DNA of 64,000 bases from Chiloscyllium plagiosum (Eukaryota), in contig NC_057719.1 of assembly GCF_004010195.1 (NCBI RefSeq), positions 65,751,702-65,815,701 on the forward strand, given 5' to 3'. Within the stretch, counting starts at the first letter, position 1; each line of letters opens with the position of its first letter. The position numbers and the translations under genes were made by a program. Shown in pieces: positions 40,833 to 54,339 of this stretch. The notes under the pieces were generated by a model that saw nothing but the letters and a program-made list of their open reading frames with translations, did no database searches and had not been told where the DNA came from.

Positions 40833-40970
40833 AGTTCTGATGTAGGGTCACCGGACCTGAAACATTAACTCCAATTTCTCTTCACAGATGCTGTCAGACC
40901 CATTGAGCTTTTCCAGCAATTTCTGCTTTTATTTCTGATTTACAGCATCCGCAGTTCTTTTACTTTTTAT
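40833..40970 (+). mobile_element. Short PLE pLTR with a degenerate hammerhead motif
   Basis: AGTT-CTGATGt-A-GGGTC accg GACCT-GAAAC-att-AACT; related copies at ~8045-8145, 16310-16400, 50010-50110 and 60190-60300. Confidence 0.75.
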
Positions 40971-41989
40971 TCTGCAATGTAGATGTTAGAATAACAACAT
41001 TTATGACATGAAAAATATAGCATTTTCTGAATATTTTAAAAGAAACTTAAATATGTCTAATCGTTAATTCACTTTGAAGCAACACGGTCTTCCTATTTCA
41101 ATAGGCAGTATCTCTACTCTTGGTGGATCATGAAAAACTATCAAGAGGAAAGAAAATGAGATAGGTTGCTGCAGCTCCTCAAACTCTGGCTGCTTTTTGT
41201 GCCTGCCCAGAATGAAATTACTGCTGGTAGTATCAGTGGCAGAGGAAATAATGTGGTCTGGCTTGGAGGGGAAGTCCAGAGAAATAGGCTGTGAAGCCAT
41301 GAGAAACAACTTAGGTTCTGCTCAGTACTTCACCATAAGACTTTATGGGGACAAACATGCATCTTGTTATTTTGTGGTACACACCATGGCATTGTGCCAG
41401 CCCTCTGTCACCACATTGCAATGCTTTTCTCTCACAGCTACTGTGAATTAAAAGCTATGTTGCAGGTTATTTTTCTAATGTGTTGATTTATTAAGTGTAA
41501 TTCCAACCCTCCCCAAGACCTATGGGTATTGGGGACAGGAAGTTCCACCCTTTGAGAATATTTTCTGGCTTTCAGTGCAAGAATGAAAAGCAGCTTTGTG
41601 ATCGCTCAGCTTGGTGATACGCTGCAGCAATCCCTAACCTTTCAGTAGTAGCTTACAGCCACCTTGTGGAATTTAACGGGATTTTCTTTTGTAAAACGCA
41701 TTCCTTGATTTAAGCAAGAAATTTGAATAAAATGTTTTTTACCAACTTAACCAACAACTCAAAGGTTGCCAGCAATATTCCTCATATCCAATGCTGGCCC
41801 AATCCTCCCACTCTCCATAGGCATAACTACTCACCATTGCCAGACATGCTGGTATTCCTGGTGCCAAGGCTGTAGTGCACCCAGTCAAATGCTGTAAGTC
41901 CAGAGCTGCCCTACACATCCACTCCAAACATAGGAGACAAGTGGAAATTAGTGGCCATCTTTGTGGACAGGGACCTTAAAGTGGCATTC

Positions 41990-42745
41990 CAGTAGACAGA
42001 GTGGTGAAGAAGGTATTTGACATCATTGGTCAGAGTATTGAGTATAGAAGTTGGGGTATCCTGTTACGGCTGTACAAGACATTGGTAAAGCCACTTTTGG
42101 AATACTGCGCACAATTCTGGACACCCTAATATAGGAAGGATGTTGTTAAACTAAAAAGGGTACAGAAAAAATTTACAAGGATGTCGCCAGGACAGGAGGA
42201 GGGTTTGATTGATAAGGAAAGGCTGGATAGGCTGGGACTTTACTCCCTGGGGCATCAGATGCTGAGGGGTGAACTTAAGGAGATTTATAAAATCATGAGT
42301 GGGCATAGATAAGGTAAAAACAATGACTGCAGATGCTGGAAACCAGATTCTGGATCAGTGGTGCTGGAAGAGCACAGCAATTCAGGCAGCAGCCGAAAAG
42401 CTTCGAAATTGACGTTTCGGGCAAAAGCCCTTCATCAGGAAATTGAATAGCCAATGTCTTTTTATATTGGTAGGGAAGTCTAAACTAGATGGCATAGATT
42501 TAGATGAAAGGAGAAAGATTTAAAAGGGAGCCGAGGGATAATTTTTTCACACAGAAGATGGTGAATATATGGAATGTGCTGCCAGAGGAAGTGGTAGATG
42601 CAACTTACAACTTTATAAAGTTGTAACAATACAGTTAGGAAAGGTTTGAATAGGAAAGGTTTCGAGGGATATAAGCGAAATCAGGCAAATGGGACTAGGT
42701 GAGTTTAGGATACCTAGTTGGCGTGAACCGAAGGGTCTGTCGCCT
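41990..42745 (+). mobile_element. CR1 3' fragment with a nested pLTR
   Basis: Typical CR1 C-terminal coding DNA (ctgtacaagacattggt..ccacttttggaatactg). Confidence 0.85.
42316..42442 (-). mobile_element. Short PLE pLTR with an intact hammerhead core
   Basis: Minus strand: CTGATGA-A-GGGC tttt GCCC-GAAAC-GTC. Confidence 0.85.
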
Positions 42746-42747
42746 AT

Positions 42748-44450
42748 GACCTGGAGATCCTACTAGATAGGATGGTGCAGTGGAGGGTCACTCTCTTCAC
42801 TCAGGACCTACAGCATGGTCTGAGTCACTGCAATGTCCACAGTCTGATGATAAGCCCAGTAATGCAGAAAAAAGTTTGATTACCTTCTCTGCTCTGCCAG
42901 GGCAATCTGTTCTCTACAACTTCACACTCACTGTCTGCTACCACACCTACATCTCACCAAGGTATGTTACTCTACTACACTCATTAATGCATGCAACACT
43001 TTCCCTCACTCATTCTCACACTCCCCCTCCCAAATCCCGTACATGACTAACTCGGCATGTCCTCTGTGCTACCTCCATACTACTCAGAACAGCTCACCTG
43101 CAACAGCACTAAGAGCTGAGCCACCCACTTCCATCTCACTCAATCCTTCCTTATCTCTCATTCAAGGAGTAAATGTCTTCTCAAATACCAAACTATCCAG
43201 GTGGATATTTATCTCCTCCCCTTCTACAAGATGCTTAGTCCTTGCAGATCATGACTGCACTGTTCCTGTAAAGATGCTGAGAACTTCATGTCCTAGCAAC
43301 CAAGCATTGTTTCTGGTTATACTACTCTGCCAATAGCCTCACTGTGAATGTATTATTAATATACCACAACTTCTTCCCCTTGGTCATGGTGCATTCTCTC
43401 TTTTGTCTCCTGCAGGCACCAACGGGAAGACCATGGTGGCTGTAGTCAATAGGGCCATACGCATGACATGTGCTCCTCCACTTTCGATGTCCTTGAGGAA
43501 GCACCAGCAAGGTTGCCTCCTGCACCCCTCACAAGCTCAGATACTTACACCTAGGTGATTATATTACCTATGTTTGAGTGGGGAGCAGCTACTGGTGAGT
43601 ACTTCATTGCCATGTCACCACACCTGGCTGAGGGAGAAACACCCAGATTGCTGGCAGTCAGATGATAGCCACAGACTTGGTACCTGCTCAGGCCCAAGTA
43701 GGAGAGGAGCCCCCTAGTTGTGGCAATTAAAAAAATCTTCATACATACGCAGCCACAGATGCAGGAGCAGCAGATGGGTTTGCGGGGTCACTGGGCAATC
43801 TAACATTGGGACACTGAAAGCGCATCCCCTCCCACCAAAGGTCTCCTCTTAGGATACTGCAGAGGTGAATGGACCCTCCACTTCCAGCCAGCCTGTCACC
43901 CTCAGGCCTGTGGGAAGTCAAACCGAGAGGGTGGACTTGCCCCTGGGCAGGACATACTCAACACGTCTGAGCCCTCAAGACACAATGTCCCTCAGGTCAT
44001 CCAATTAAACATTCAAGGACAAGGGGCTTTGTGTAGGGTAGACATCCTCCACCCCAGCTGCAGGGATGCACTGAGACACAGTGGGAGGGAAAGAAAGGAA
44101 GAAGAAAACCTTCTGAAAGCACACAGGTGGCACGGTGACATGGCAATGTTTTCACATTTATAAATACATGTTCATATTTCACCATCAGCCTTGTGTGGCA
44201 GTCTCTGTCCAGCCACAACTACAGAGCTGAGGGTACAGGGCCCACCTTTCCTCAGCACCGCACAATGTTCCACCGTCCAAGGTGTAAAAGTGAGCAGCTT
44301 CAGCACCATGTGCAGGCAGTGGGTAATTGGGCTCCATGTTTGCAGGGAAACAAACACAACTACTGCCAAATAGGCGCCAGTGGGATTCATTCACTATTGT
44401 GCAGATGTCATCAGGGCTGATTGCGGCAAGGATTTAGATTGCACTCAGTA
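42748..44450 (+). mobile_element. Decayed PIF/Harbinger-like element (Myb/SANT-like ORF relic)
   Basis: Frameshifted 'DLEILLDRMVQWRVTLF...AWSE...AQ*CRKKFDYLLCSAR' at 42748-42902; the extent beyond that is uncertain. Confidence 0.55.
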
Positions 44451-44469
44451 GGTCAAAATCTAAGGCTCG

Positions 44470-44885
44470 CAAAGCAGCCATACAGAGCATGGAAAAAAAC
44501 CTTTTGGCCCATCATGTCTGCACTGGTCAAAAACAACCACTAATTATTCTAATCCCATTTACCAGCACGTAGCCCATAGCTTTGTATGTCTTGACATCGC
44601 AACTGCACTTCTAAGTACTTCTTCAAAGTTAAGATGGTTTCAGCCTCTGCCGCCCTTACAGGTAATGAGTTCCACAACCCTCTGGGTGAAAAGGCTTTTC
44701 TTCATAAAGTCCTCTAAACCTTCTGCCCCTTGCCTTGAATCTATGCCCCCAGTCATTAATCCCTCTGGGTTTCTTCCCGTGTACCCCTTATTACCTTATA
44801 CTACTCAATCATGTCCCCTTTGATCTCCTCTGCTCTAAGGAAAAGGACTCCAGTATGGCCAATCTCTCTCTATAGCTGAAACTAT
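44470..44885 (-). mobile_element. CR1 3' fragment
   Basis: 'SYRERLAILESFSLEQRR' plus 3' UTR. Confidence 0.8.
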
Positions 44886-44973
44886 GCTTCAATGTATGGG
44901 TGTCTGTGTAATGGTGTTGCCCTTTGAAGGGTCTCACACCACCCAAATTCAAAGCCCCCTCCCTCACAGAATG

Positions 44974-45137
44974 AAGTGCTTCACAGGGAGCTGCTGAGTA
45001 AGGTGAGAGCCCCTGGTGTTTGAGGTGAGCTACTGGCATGAATTGGCTGTCTGACAGAAGGCAGAGAGTGGGATAAAAGGTTCTTTTTTGGAATTTCAGC
45101 TGGTGACAAGTGGTGTCCCACAGGGTTCAGTGTTGGT
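44974..45137 (+). repeat. 164-bp inverted copy of 46746-46909
   Basis: 163/164 identity by eye to the reverse complement of an internal piece of the neighbouring CR1. Confidence 0.95.
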
Positions 45138-45780
45138 ACCCTGCCTTCTCACCCTTACAGCCATTTTCAGTTCCATTTCGTACATATTGTTTATAACACG
45201 ATGGGAGGAAGCACGGTCACCCTTTGGAAAGTGAGTCTCAGGCTCAGGCTCTCTGGTTTAGTGAATCCCCAAAAATAAACATTTCTTTCCTGGTGGTCCT
45301 CTCTGTTAACCCCAAAGACTTTGCACTTGCCCGAATTCCCACTCAACCTGTCTGTCTGAGCCTTCCATCTACCCATTTTGCCCTCTCAGCAACATTCCCA
45401 GCTGGCAGCCACTGGGAAGCTCAGAACATGCCAATGAATGGATTCCACTTCAGAAAATTGCTGCCGCATGGAAACCTCAGAGGTCTATGTAACAGCAAAG
45501 TAAACTACAGGGAAGGTAGCCACACATCCTCAGGCATAACAAACATGCAGCACTGGTAGTGCACTGTTCACCATGGTAACCTGGATGATACTTACTCAAT
45601 AAACCCCTCCACGCTGATGGCACCTTTCCCTCTATCATCTCCCTGCCTTATATATTGAGTTGTTCACCCTTCAGTATAGTTAGCTATGTTATATCCCAGC
45701 ATTCTGACTCAAATCCACAAAATTAATTTCTCCAACCTTATTCCGATAGCAGTAGCCTCTGGTAAGCCCTTTGACTTTAA

Positions 45781-48270
45781 GACCATCCAACCATAAGAGA
45801 TAGGAGTGGAACTAAGGCCATTTGGCCCAGCGAGTCCATTCCGACATTCAATCATGGCTGATGGGCTTTCAATGCCACTTACCCGCACTCTCCCGTAGCC
45901 CTTAATTTCTTGCAAGATTAAGAATTTATCAATCTCTGCCTTGAAAACATTTAATGTCCCAGCCTTCACTGCTCTATGGCAATGAATTCCACAGGCCCAC
46001 CACTCTCTGGCTGAAGAAATGTCTCCTCATTTCCATTCTAAATTGACCCCCTCTAATTTTAAGGCTGTGCCCACCGCCGAGTTTCCTCGCCTAACGGAAA
46101 CAACTTCCCAGTGTCCACCCTTTCTAAGCCATTTATTATCTTGTAAGTTTCTATTAGATATCCCCTCAAACTTCTAAACTCTAATGAATGCAATTCCAGG
46201 ACCCTCAGCTGTTCATCATATATTAGGCCTATTATTCAAGGGAATCATCCGTGTGAATCTTTGCTGGACACGCTCCAGTGCCAGTATGTCCTTCCTGAGG
46301 TGTGGGGCCCAAAACTGGGCACAGTATTCTAACTGGGGACTAACCAGAGTTTATAAAATCTGAAAAACGCATCGCTACTTTTACATTCCAACTCTCTTGA
46401 GATAAATGACAACATTACATTTGCTTTCTTAACCTGCAAGTCAACCTTTAGAGAATCCTGGACTAGCACTCCCAGATCCCTTTGTACTTTGGCTTTATGA
46501 CTTTTCTCACCATTTAGAAAATCATCCATGTCTGTATTCTTTTTTCCAAAGTGCAAGACCTCACATTGAATTTCATCCACCATTTCTTGGACCACTCTCC
46601 TAAACTGTCTAAATCTTTCTGCAGCCTCCTCACATCCTCAGAACTACCTGCCTGTCCGTCTAACGTCGTATCATCGGCAAACTTCGCCAGAATGCTCCCA
46701 GTCCCTTCATCCAGATCATTAATATATAAAGTAAACAGCTGCTGCACCAACACTGAACCCTGTGGGACACCACTTGTCACCAGCTGACATTCCAAAAAAG
46801 AACCTTTTATCCCACTCTCTGCCTTCTGTCAGACAGCCAATTCATGCCAGTAGCTCACCTCAAACACCAGGGGCTCTCACCTTACTCAGCAGCTCCCTGT
46901 GAAGCACTTTATCAAAGACCTTTTGGAAGTCTAGGTGGATAACATCCACTGGGTTTCCCTGATCTAACCTACTTGTTACCCCTTCAAAGAATTCTAACAG
47001 GTTTGTCAGGCACAACCTCCCCTTACGAAATCCATGCTGACTTGTTCTAATCCGACCCTGCACTTCCAAGAATTTAGAAATCTCATACTTAATGATGGAT
47101 TCTAGAATTTTACCTATAACCGAGGTTAGGCCAATGGGTCTATAATTTTCCATCTTTTGTCTCAATTCTTTCTTGAACAAGGGGGTTACAACAGCGAATT
47201 TCCAATCATCTGGGACTTTCCCTGACTCCAGTGATTTTTGAAAGATCACAACCAATGTCTTCGCTATTCCTTCAGCCACTTCCCTCAGAACTCTAGAATG
47301 TAGCCCAGCGGGGCCAGGAGATTTATCAATTTTTAGACCTTTTAGCTTTTCTAGCACTTTCTCTTTTGTAATGGCTACCATACTCAACTCTGACCCTTGA
47401 CCCTCCTTAATTGTTGGGATATTACTCATGTCTTCCACTGTGAAGACTGACACAAAGTATTTATTAAGTTCTTCAGCTATTTCCTTATTTCTCAGCACTA
47501 GCCTTTTTGTAGCAATTTGGAGTGGCCCAATTTCTACTTTTGCCTTTGGTTTGTTTCTTATGTATTGAAAGAAACTTTTACTATTATTTCTAATATTACT
47601 GGCTAGCTTACCTTCATATTTGATCCTCTCCTTCCAGAATTTTCTCTTTGTTACCCTCTGTTTGTGTTTGTAGTCTTCCCAATCTTCTGATTTCCCAGTG
47701 CTCCTAGCCACTTTATTGGCTTTCTCTTTTTCTATGTTACATTTCCTGATTTCCTTTGTTAACCATGGCTGTCTAATCCCCACCACCCCCCACTCCTGGA
47801 TAATCTTTCTTTGGGATGAACCTCTGTACTGTGTCCTCAATTGTACCCAGAAACTCCTGCCATTGTTGCTCTACTGTCTTCCCCGCTCAGCTCTGCTTCC
47901 AGTCAATTTTCGTCAGTTCCTCTCTCATGCCCCTGTAATTACCTTTATTTAACTGTAACACCATTACATCCGCTTTTGCCTTCTCTCTTTCAAACTGCAG
48001 ACTGAACTCCACCATATTATGATCACTGCTTCCTAAGTGTTCCCTTACTTTAAGATCTTTTATAAAGTCTGCCTCATTACGTGGCACTAAGTCCAGAATA
48101 GCCTACTCCCTTGTGGGCTCCATCACAAGCTCTTCCAAAAAGCCATCCTGTAAGCATTCCATAAATTCCCTTTCTTTGGATCCACCAGCAACATTATTCA
48201 CCCAGTCAATTTATTGAAGTCCCCCATGATCACCGTGACCCTGCCTATTTGACAAGCCCTATCTATTTCC
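45781..48270 (-). mobile_element. CR1 LINE with the ORF2 endonuclease C-terminus and RT (disrupted)
   Basis: 'LGSSDHNMVEF', 'PWLTKEI', 'NYRPIGLTS', 'GVPQGSVL', 'KFADDT'. Confidence 0.95.
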
Positions 48271-49425
48271 ACGACTTTGAGTGGATGAACACCCGGAACT
48301 GGTCATGATCCACCTCCTTGAATGACTTAGCCGGGCAGCCCTGAACAATGAGTGACCAGACCTGTGACTGATATCTATCCAACTCCATATCTGTGTTCTC
48401 CTGACTCCTGGGTCAGGTCACACTGAACCCACAGGGCTGACCATGGCCCACTCCCTGGACTGCAGAGGTACTCTGACTGGCCAACTGACTGAGCCAAGCC
48501 CCTTGACTTACTGTACTAGGACCTATTCCCTGACACACCCTCACACCCATCTGCCCACCACCGCTTACATAAACTGAAGGCTGTCTCTCCTGGACTTGAC
48601 AGAGAACTATTCCACTGTACCTCAAAAGCCTTCCTACACATCTGAACAGATATTTTCCAAATCAGTCAGTTCAGTGATGCTAGTACACAATTCTGAAGCA
48701 GGTGAGAGTTGGAACAGAGATAGGATAGTACCATTGTGCCACATCTATTTGCCTTATTACTTTCAACTACCAGGTGTATAACATTCATCAATCAAAGTTG
48801 GTTCATGTGGTGCACTAGAGTAGTCTTTGGGCTAGGAAACCTCGAGTCAAGTCCACCTACTCTGGAAGTGTGTCATAACATGTTTGAACAGGTTGATTCA
48901 AAATTATTTCCATCAATAGAACCTATCACTTACTGCCAAGAGGCACTGGGAGAAACTGTAACTCATCCAGTACTGAATGTTGGGTAAGTAATCTGACTGC
49001 ACAAAGGCAGTAAAGAGCTATCATTTATATACAGCAAACATTGTTTCAACCATCACTCTGGCAAAAATTATATACCGCAAATACTGCGATCGACTGTAAT
49101 GTCCAAGTATTTATTCTGTAAATAAAGTATAACAGTATGTGTGTGCCCCCTACATTACATTTGTATTACTTACTGTGTGTTTTTGGATTTAATTTAGGAG
49201 TTGTGTCAATATTTTTAAATAGATTCTTTTTACATTGAGGGATGTTGATGTCTTGGAAGCTTTGCTTGGTCAGGGTTTGCTGCAGTTATGAAGATTATTT
49301 AGAATATTTGATCAACGGGCATAATCCTGATCTCATAGGTGCCAGTTGAATAAAGTTTGCTGTACTTCTTAACATTCGTCCTAAATCTCTGGATAGTATC
49401 ATTGAGGCACCCCCATATAGATGAG

Positions 49426-49721
49426 ATATGGAGATACTGGTGTTAGACTGGGCTGGACAAAGTTAAAAATCACACAACACCAGGTTATAGTCCAATAGAT
49501 TTATTTGGAGCTTTCAGAGCGCTGCTCCTTTATCAGGTATTAGTCTTCCATGTCGATATGCGCAATCTTCTTGGAGATCCTCTCCACTTCCAGCTGGTAG
49601 TTGGTGGTGTCGGTGCTACCCATGATGTGGAGACCTGATGAAGGAGCAACACTCTGAAAGCTAGTACTTCCAAATAAACCTGTTGGACTACAACCTGGTG
49701 TTGTGTGATTTTTAACTTTGT
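49426..49721. mobile_element. Inverted PLE insertion: two pLTR arms around the start of the PLE ORF
   Basis: 13-bp TSD ccatatagatgag; hammerhead motif at 49633-49665; minus-strand 'MGSTDTTNYQLEVERISKKIAHID'. Confidence 0.85.
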
Positions 49722-51411
49722 CCATATAGATGAGGTTAGAGGACATGGATCTTTAGAAAGAAATCAGAGGTGACAGCGCTGGGTGGGAAGTAAAGTAATT
49801 GATGAAGATGTATTGTGCTGAGTGGAACCTGAGCAAATTTTCAGATCATCATGATCTGTTATACTGTCTCAATATCTTGGTGACTGAACGATATGACCTT
49901 CATATGGATCAGCTGCAAGAGCTGTCAAAGTATGAGGCTGAGAAACCAGAGCAGAGAGCAGCCAAAACAGCTTCAACTACAGCAATGTCTATTTGCCATA
50001 TGCTTAATCACCCCTCCAGATCTGGCAGTATCTGTGGAGACAGAAACCGAGTTTGAGCCCAATATGACTTTTCTTCAAAACTGAATTTCTGAGTTTCTTC
50101 AGCATTTCCCTTTTTATTCCATTATGTTGTGCTTACAGTCCTACAATGTCGGGCTTATTTTCTGAAGAATAGACATGTTAATTCCATAACCACGTGAGGT
50201 TAGAAGAATGGGAGATGGCCAGATAAGGAAGGTATTTCCCCTTGTCAAGGAGACGAAAACTAGGGAACACAGTTTAAGAAAGAAGGTCTCGCTTTTAAGG
50301 CAAAGAGGAGGAGAAATCTTTTCTCTTAGAGGGTTGTTAGAGTGTGGAATTGTCCCACCCCAGAAGCTGAGATGTCAAATGTATTCAAGTTTGAGTTTGG
50401 TAGAATTTTAATGGACAAGGCAGTCAAGCTTAATGGGGTCAGACAGGAAAGTGGAGCTGACACCACAAATGGAGCAGCTGTAATTTTATTGAATGGCAGT
50501 AAAGGTTTGAGGGGCCAAAGGGTCCTCTTTTGTTTCTCTGCCTAATGTTCCTACAGTTTCTATTCTTAACTGTATAATCTAATGAAGGGTCTCAGTGCAA
50601 TCTCTATGGGTAAAGCCTTGTGAGCTGTGGAACAACTGAGGGGTTTCTGGGCAGCACACCTCAGATGCTGTCCTTCAATCTGTTGCACTGGCTCTGGGGG
50701 CTGGGGATAACTTGACCTGACCCGACATTTCAGCGGTGGGATTGATTTGGATGATATGTATTTGAGAAATTTTCAGACCCACATGCTATTGACCATTCTC
50801 TCATGCTCTTCACATGATTGTCTTAGATATCTTCAATCCATTTCCAGGGTCCATATGACAGAATTGGTGCTGAGAGGATGTTTCCCCTCGTGGGGAAATG
50901 TAGAGACAGAGTGTACACTGAAAGGGTCACTTTACAGTGTATGGAAGCAAAAGTGATTTTTCTCTTCTCCCAGAGGAGTTCTATTCTTTGGAATTATCTT
51001 TGCCAGAGAGCTGTCGAGGCTGGGTCAATGAGTTTGGCTGAGTTACAGGTTCTTAAAAAGTTCATTCGTGGGACAAGCATGCCGCTGGCTAGACCAGCAT
51101 TTATTTTCCATCCCTAATTGCTCAGGGAGCAGTTAAGCGTGCTGTGGGTCTGAAGTCACATCTAGACCGACGAGGTAAAGATGGCAGTTTCCTTCCTAAA
51201 GGACATGAGTGAATCAAATGGGTTTTCCTAATAATCGACAATGGATTCGTGGTCATCAATAGACTCTTTAACTCCAGATATTTATTGAATTCACATTCCA
51301 CATCTGCCGTGGCGGGATTTGAACCAAGGTCCACGGACCATTTCCTGGTTTTGATCCACGTGGGGGTGACAGATTGTGAGTGACAGGCAGGAAAGTACAG
51401 TTAAGGCCACA

Positions 51412-51532
51412 AGGGCTTTTGCCCGAAACGTCGATTTTCCTGCTCCTCGGATGCTAACTGTCCTGCTGTGTTTTTCCAGCACCACTCTAATCCAAAGTCT
51501 GGTTTCCAGTATCTGCAGTCCTCACTTTTGCT
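51412..51532 (+). mobile_element. Short PLE pLTR truncated inside the hammerhead motif
   Basis: 14-bp TSD cagttaaggccaca (51398-51411 / 51533-51546); starts agggcttttgcccgaaacgtc. Confidence 0.9.
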
Positions 51533-52456
51533 CAGTTAAGGCCACAGTCAGAGCAGACAGGATCTTATTGATTAGCAGTGCAGGTTTAATCAGCCTAATG
51601 GCTGAATCACATCCCAATTCCTTACCCTAGTATAAATATGTAGCCTGATGCAGCAAGATTTCAGTACCTTCTCTATCATATAGTTTTAAGTTGCTGTCAA
51701 CATTAAAGGTCAAATGGATGCTCAAACTTCTCTCTCCTGGGTGTTTGCATGATTGCATGCATTGGTTTCTGCCAGTAAAATTGGATTCAAGTACAGGCAA
51801 TTCCTGTGCATTTCTGAAATGGTCTGCCTCACTTGCATTGGGGTGAAAGGGAGAGGGAAAATTAGCTACAAACTCTATTCTTAATGTAGATTTTTAAAAA
51901 TTCATTCATGGGATGTGTCATTGTTAGCTGGGTTAGCATTTCGGGCCCATCTCTGATTGCCCTTGAAGAGGTGACGGTGAGTTGAACTGTTGCTCTCTGG
52001 TTGGGGAGTTGGGCTGTCTCCTAGACTTCTGCAGGGCACTAAACCACCAGTGTGTAGTTGTGGAGCTTGGCCTCAGCACCGAGCCCCATGGTCACTATCG
52101 CTGTCACCAAGTCCAGAAATGTGGAATACAGGATGGTATGCACCTCACATTCTTCAGGGACCTTGGGTCACTTTTAGGCAGGTTCGCTGAGGTGCTGGAC
52201 AACTAGCAAAACAGGTAGAACTAGGATGTGTCTCATGAAGGACAAAGAACACCTTCGTGATCCTGATATGGGGCAGAGCCTAGGGGGTTTTATTGGGGAA
52301 CTCCATCACAGTGGTAGGCAGAGTTGCCACATCTCCTGGATTGAAGTCTCCAAGAATTAAAGATTAACTTCCTGAATACTGCCACAGCAGGAAGATATTA
52401 CAGTGTTTTAAGAACTGTCCTTTCCCCTATTTATATTGATGTACTTGTGATAGAAA

Positions 52457-52570
52457 TACAGAGGAAACTCGATTATCCAGCATTCAATTAACCAAGTTTT
52501 GGATTATCTGAACAAGATTGCAAGTTCTTGATGCTTGGCTAGTTATATTATCTAGCATTCAATTATCAGG
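52457..52570 (+). mobile_element. Tc1/mariner (Tigger/pogo-like) terminal fragment
   Basis: TA + CAGAGGAAACTCGATTATCC followed by repeated attatc motifs. Confidence 0.6.
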
Positions 52571-52964
52571 CATCCCCACCTCCACCCCCCCCACCCCACC
52601 CCACCCATTATCTACTTCCCACTCCCACCTCCTATAAGGGCTGCATCACTGCCCTGATCCCTTTGCCATCTTTCTATTTACCCCTTATTCAGTTGGCATA
52701 CTTAACCATCTGGCACCCAACACTCCAGCAACCTATGCACTCGCCATTCTACCCAACTGCCAACCTACCCCCTTCCTACTTGGCACTCTACCTCAACCAG
52801 CAGCCTACTCCCCCCTTGTCTAATGGTGTTCCAACCCATTGGGCAGTTTACAAACTACCCATTCGCACCATCCTATCCCCTACCCACTGGTACCCTAACC
52901 CCACACTGAAAGGACATGCCCTATTGGCATCAGCTGTCAAAGTGGCTGTCTGTGATCGTGCACC

Positions 52965-54280
52965 TTTCAATGCCAGAACTGGTCCTCACCCTTAACAATT
53001 TCTCCTTAGAATCCTCCCACGTCCTCCAGACCAAAGGGGTAGCCATGGGCACACGTATGGGCCCCAGCTATGCCTGTCTCTTTGTTGGCTACATAGAACA
53101 GTTGATCTTCCGTAATTACACCGGCACCACTCCCCACCTCTTCCTCCGCTACGTTGATGACTGCATTGGCGCCACCTCGTGCTCCCGCGAGGAGGTTGAG
53201 CAATTCATCAACTTCACCAACACACTCCACCCTGACCTTAAATTTACCTGGACCATCTCCATCTCCATTAATGACGACCGACTTGACACCGACATTTTTT
53301 NNNNNNNNNNNNNNNNNNNNNNNNNNNNNNNNNNNNNNNNNNNNNNNNNNNNNNNNNNNNNNNNNNNNNNNNNNNNNNNNNNNNNNNNNNNNNNNNNNNN
53401 NNNNNNNNNNNNNNNNNNNNNNNNNNNNNNNNNNNNNNNNNNNNNNNNNNNNNNNNNNNNNNNNNNNNNNNNNNNNNNNNNNNNNNNNNNNNNNNNNNNN
53501 NNNNNNNNNNNNNNNNNNNNNNNNNNNNNNNNNNNNNNNNNNNNNNNNNNNNNNNNNNNNNNNNNNNNNNNNNNNNNNNNNNNNNNNNNNNNNNNNNNNN
53601 NNNNNNNNNNNNNNNNNNNNNNNNNNNNNNNNNNNNNNNNNNNNNNNNNNNNNNNNNNNNNNNNNNNNNNNNNNNNNNNNNNNNNNNNNNNNNNNNNNNN
53701 NNNNNNNNNNNNNNNNNNNNNNNNNNNNNNNNNNNNNNNNNNNNNNNNNNNNNNNNNNNNNNNNNNNNNNNNNNNNNNNNNNNNNNNNNNNNNNNNNNNN
53801 NNNNNNNNNNNNNNNNNNNNNNNNNNNNNNNNNNNNNNNNNNNNNNNNNNNNNNNNNNNNNNNNNNNNNNNNNNNNNNNNNNNNNNNNNNNNNNNNNNNN
53901 NNNNNNNNNNNNNNNNNNNNNNNNNNNNNNNNNNNNNNNNNNNNNNNNNNNNNNNNNNNNNNNNNNNNNNNNNNNNNNNNNNNNNNNNNNNNNNNNNNNN
54001 NNNNNNNNNNNNNNNNNNNNNNNNNNNNNNNNNNNNNNNNNNNNNNNNNNNNNNNNNNNNNNNNNNNNNNNNNNNNNNNNNNNNNNNNTTCTCCCCCACT
54101 GACCTATTGTACTCTATGCTACTTTCTCCCCACCCCCACCCTCCTCTCACTTATCTCTCCACGCTTCAGTCTCTCTGCCTTTATTCCTGATGAAGGGCTT
54201 TTGCCCGAAGCGTCGATTTTACTTCTCCTCGGATGCTGCCTGAACTGCTGTGCTCTTCCAGCACCACTGATCCAGAATAT
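52965..54280 (+). mobile_element. Penelope-like element, RT region through 3' pLTR, spanning an N gap (53301-54088)
   Basis: 'LVLTLNNFS..QTKGVAMGTRMGPSYACLF..FLRYVDD'; pLTR with hammerhead motif at 54183-54218 (GAAA changed to GAAG). Confidence 0.95.
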
Positions 54281-54339
54281 CACAGCCGACTACTCTGAAA
54301 AGTTTCCTTTCCCTGAGTGAGATGGCCACTCCTTGGAAA

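Noticed and set aside
48620..48700. Minus-strand exon-like segment with acceptor and donor
   Set aside because: Stops in all three frames; cannot be supported without RNA data
52916..54320. Long ORFs of 333-424 aa (also 3597-4220)
   Set aside because: Their length comes from N gaps; the real part at 52965-53300 is Penelope RT
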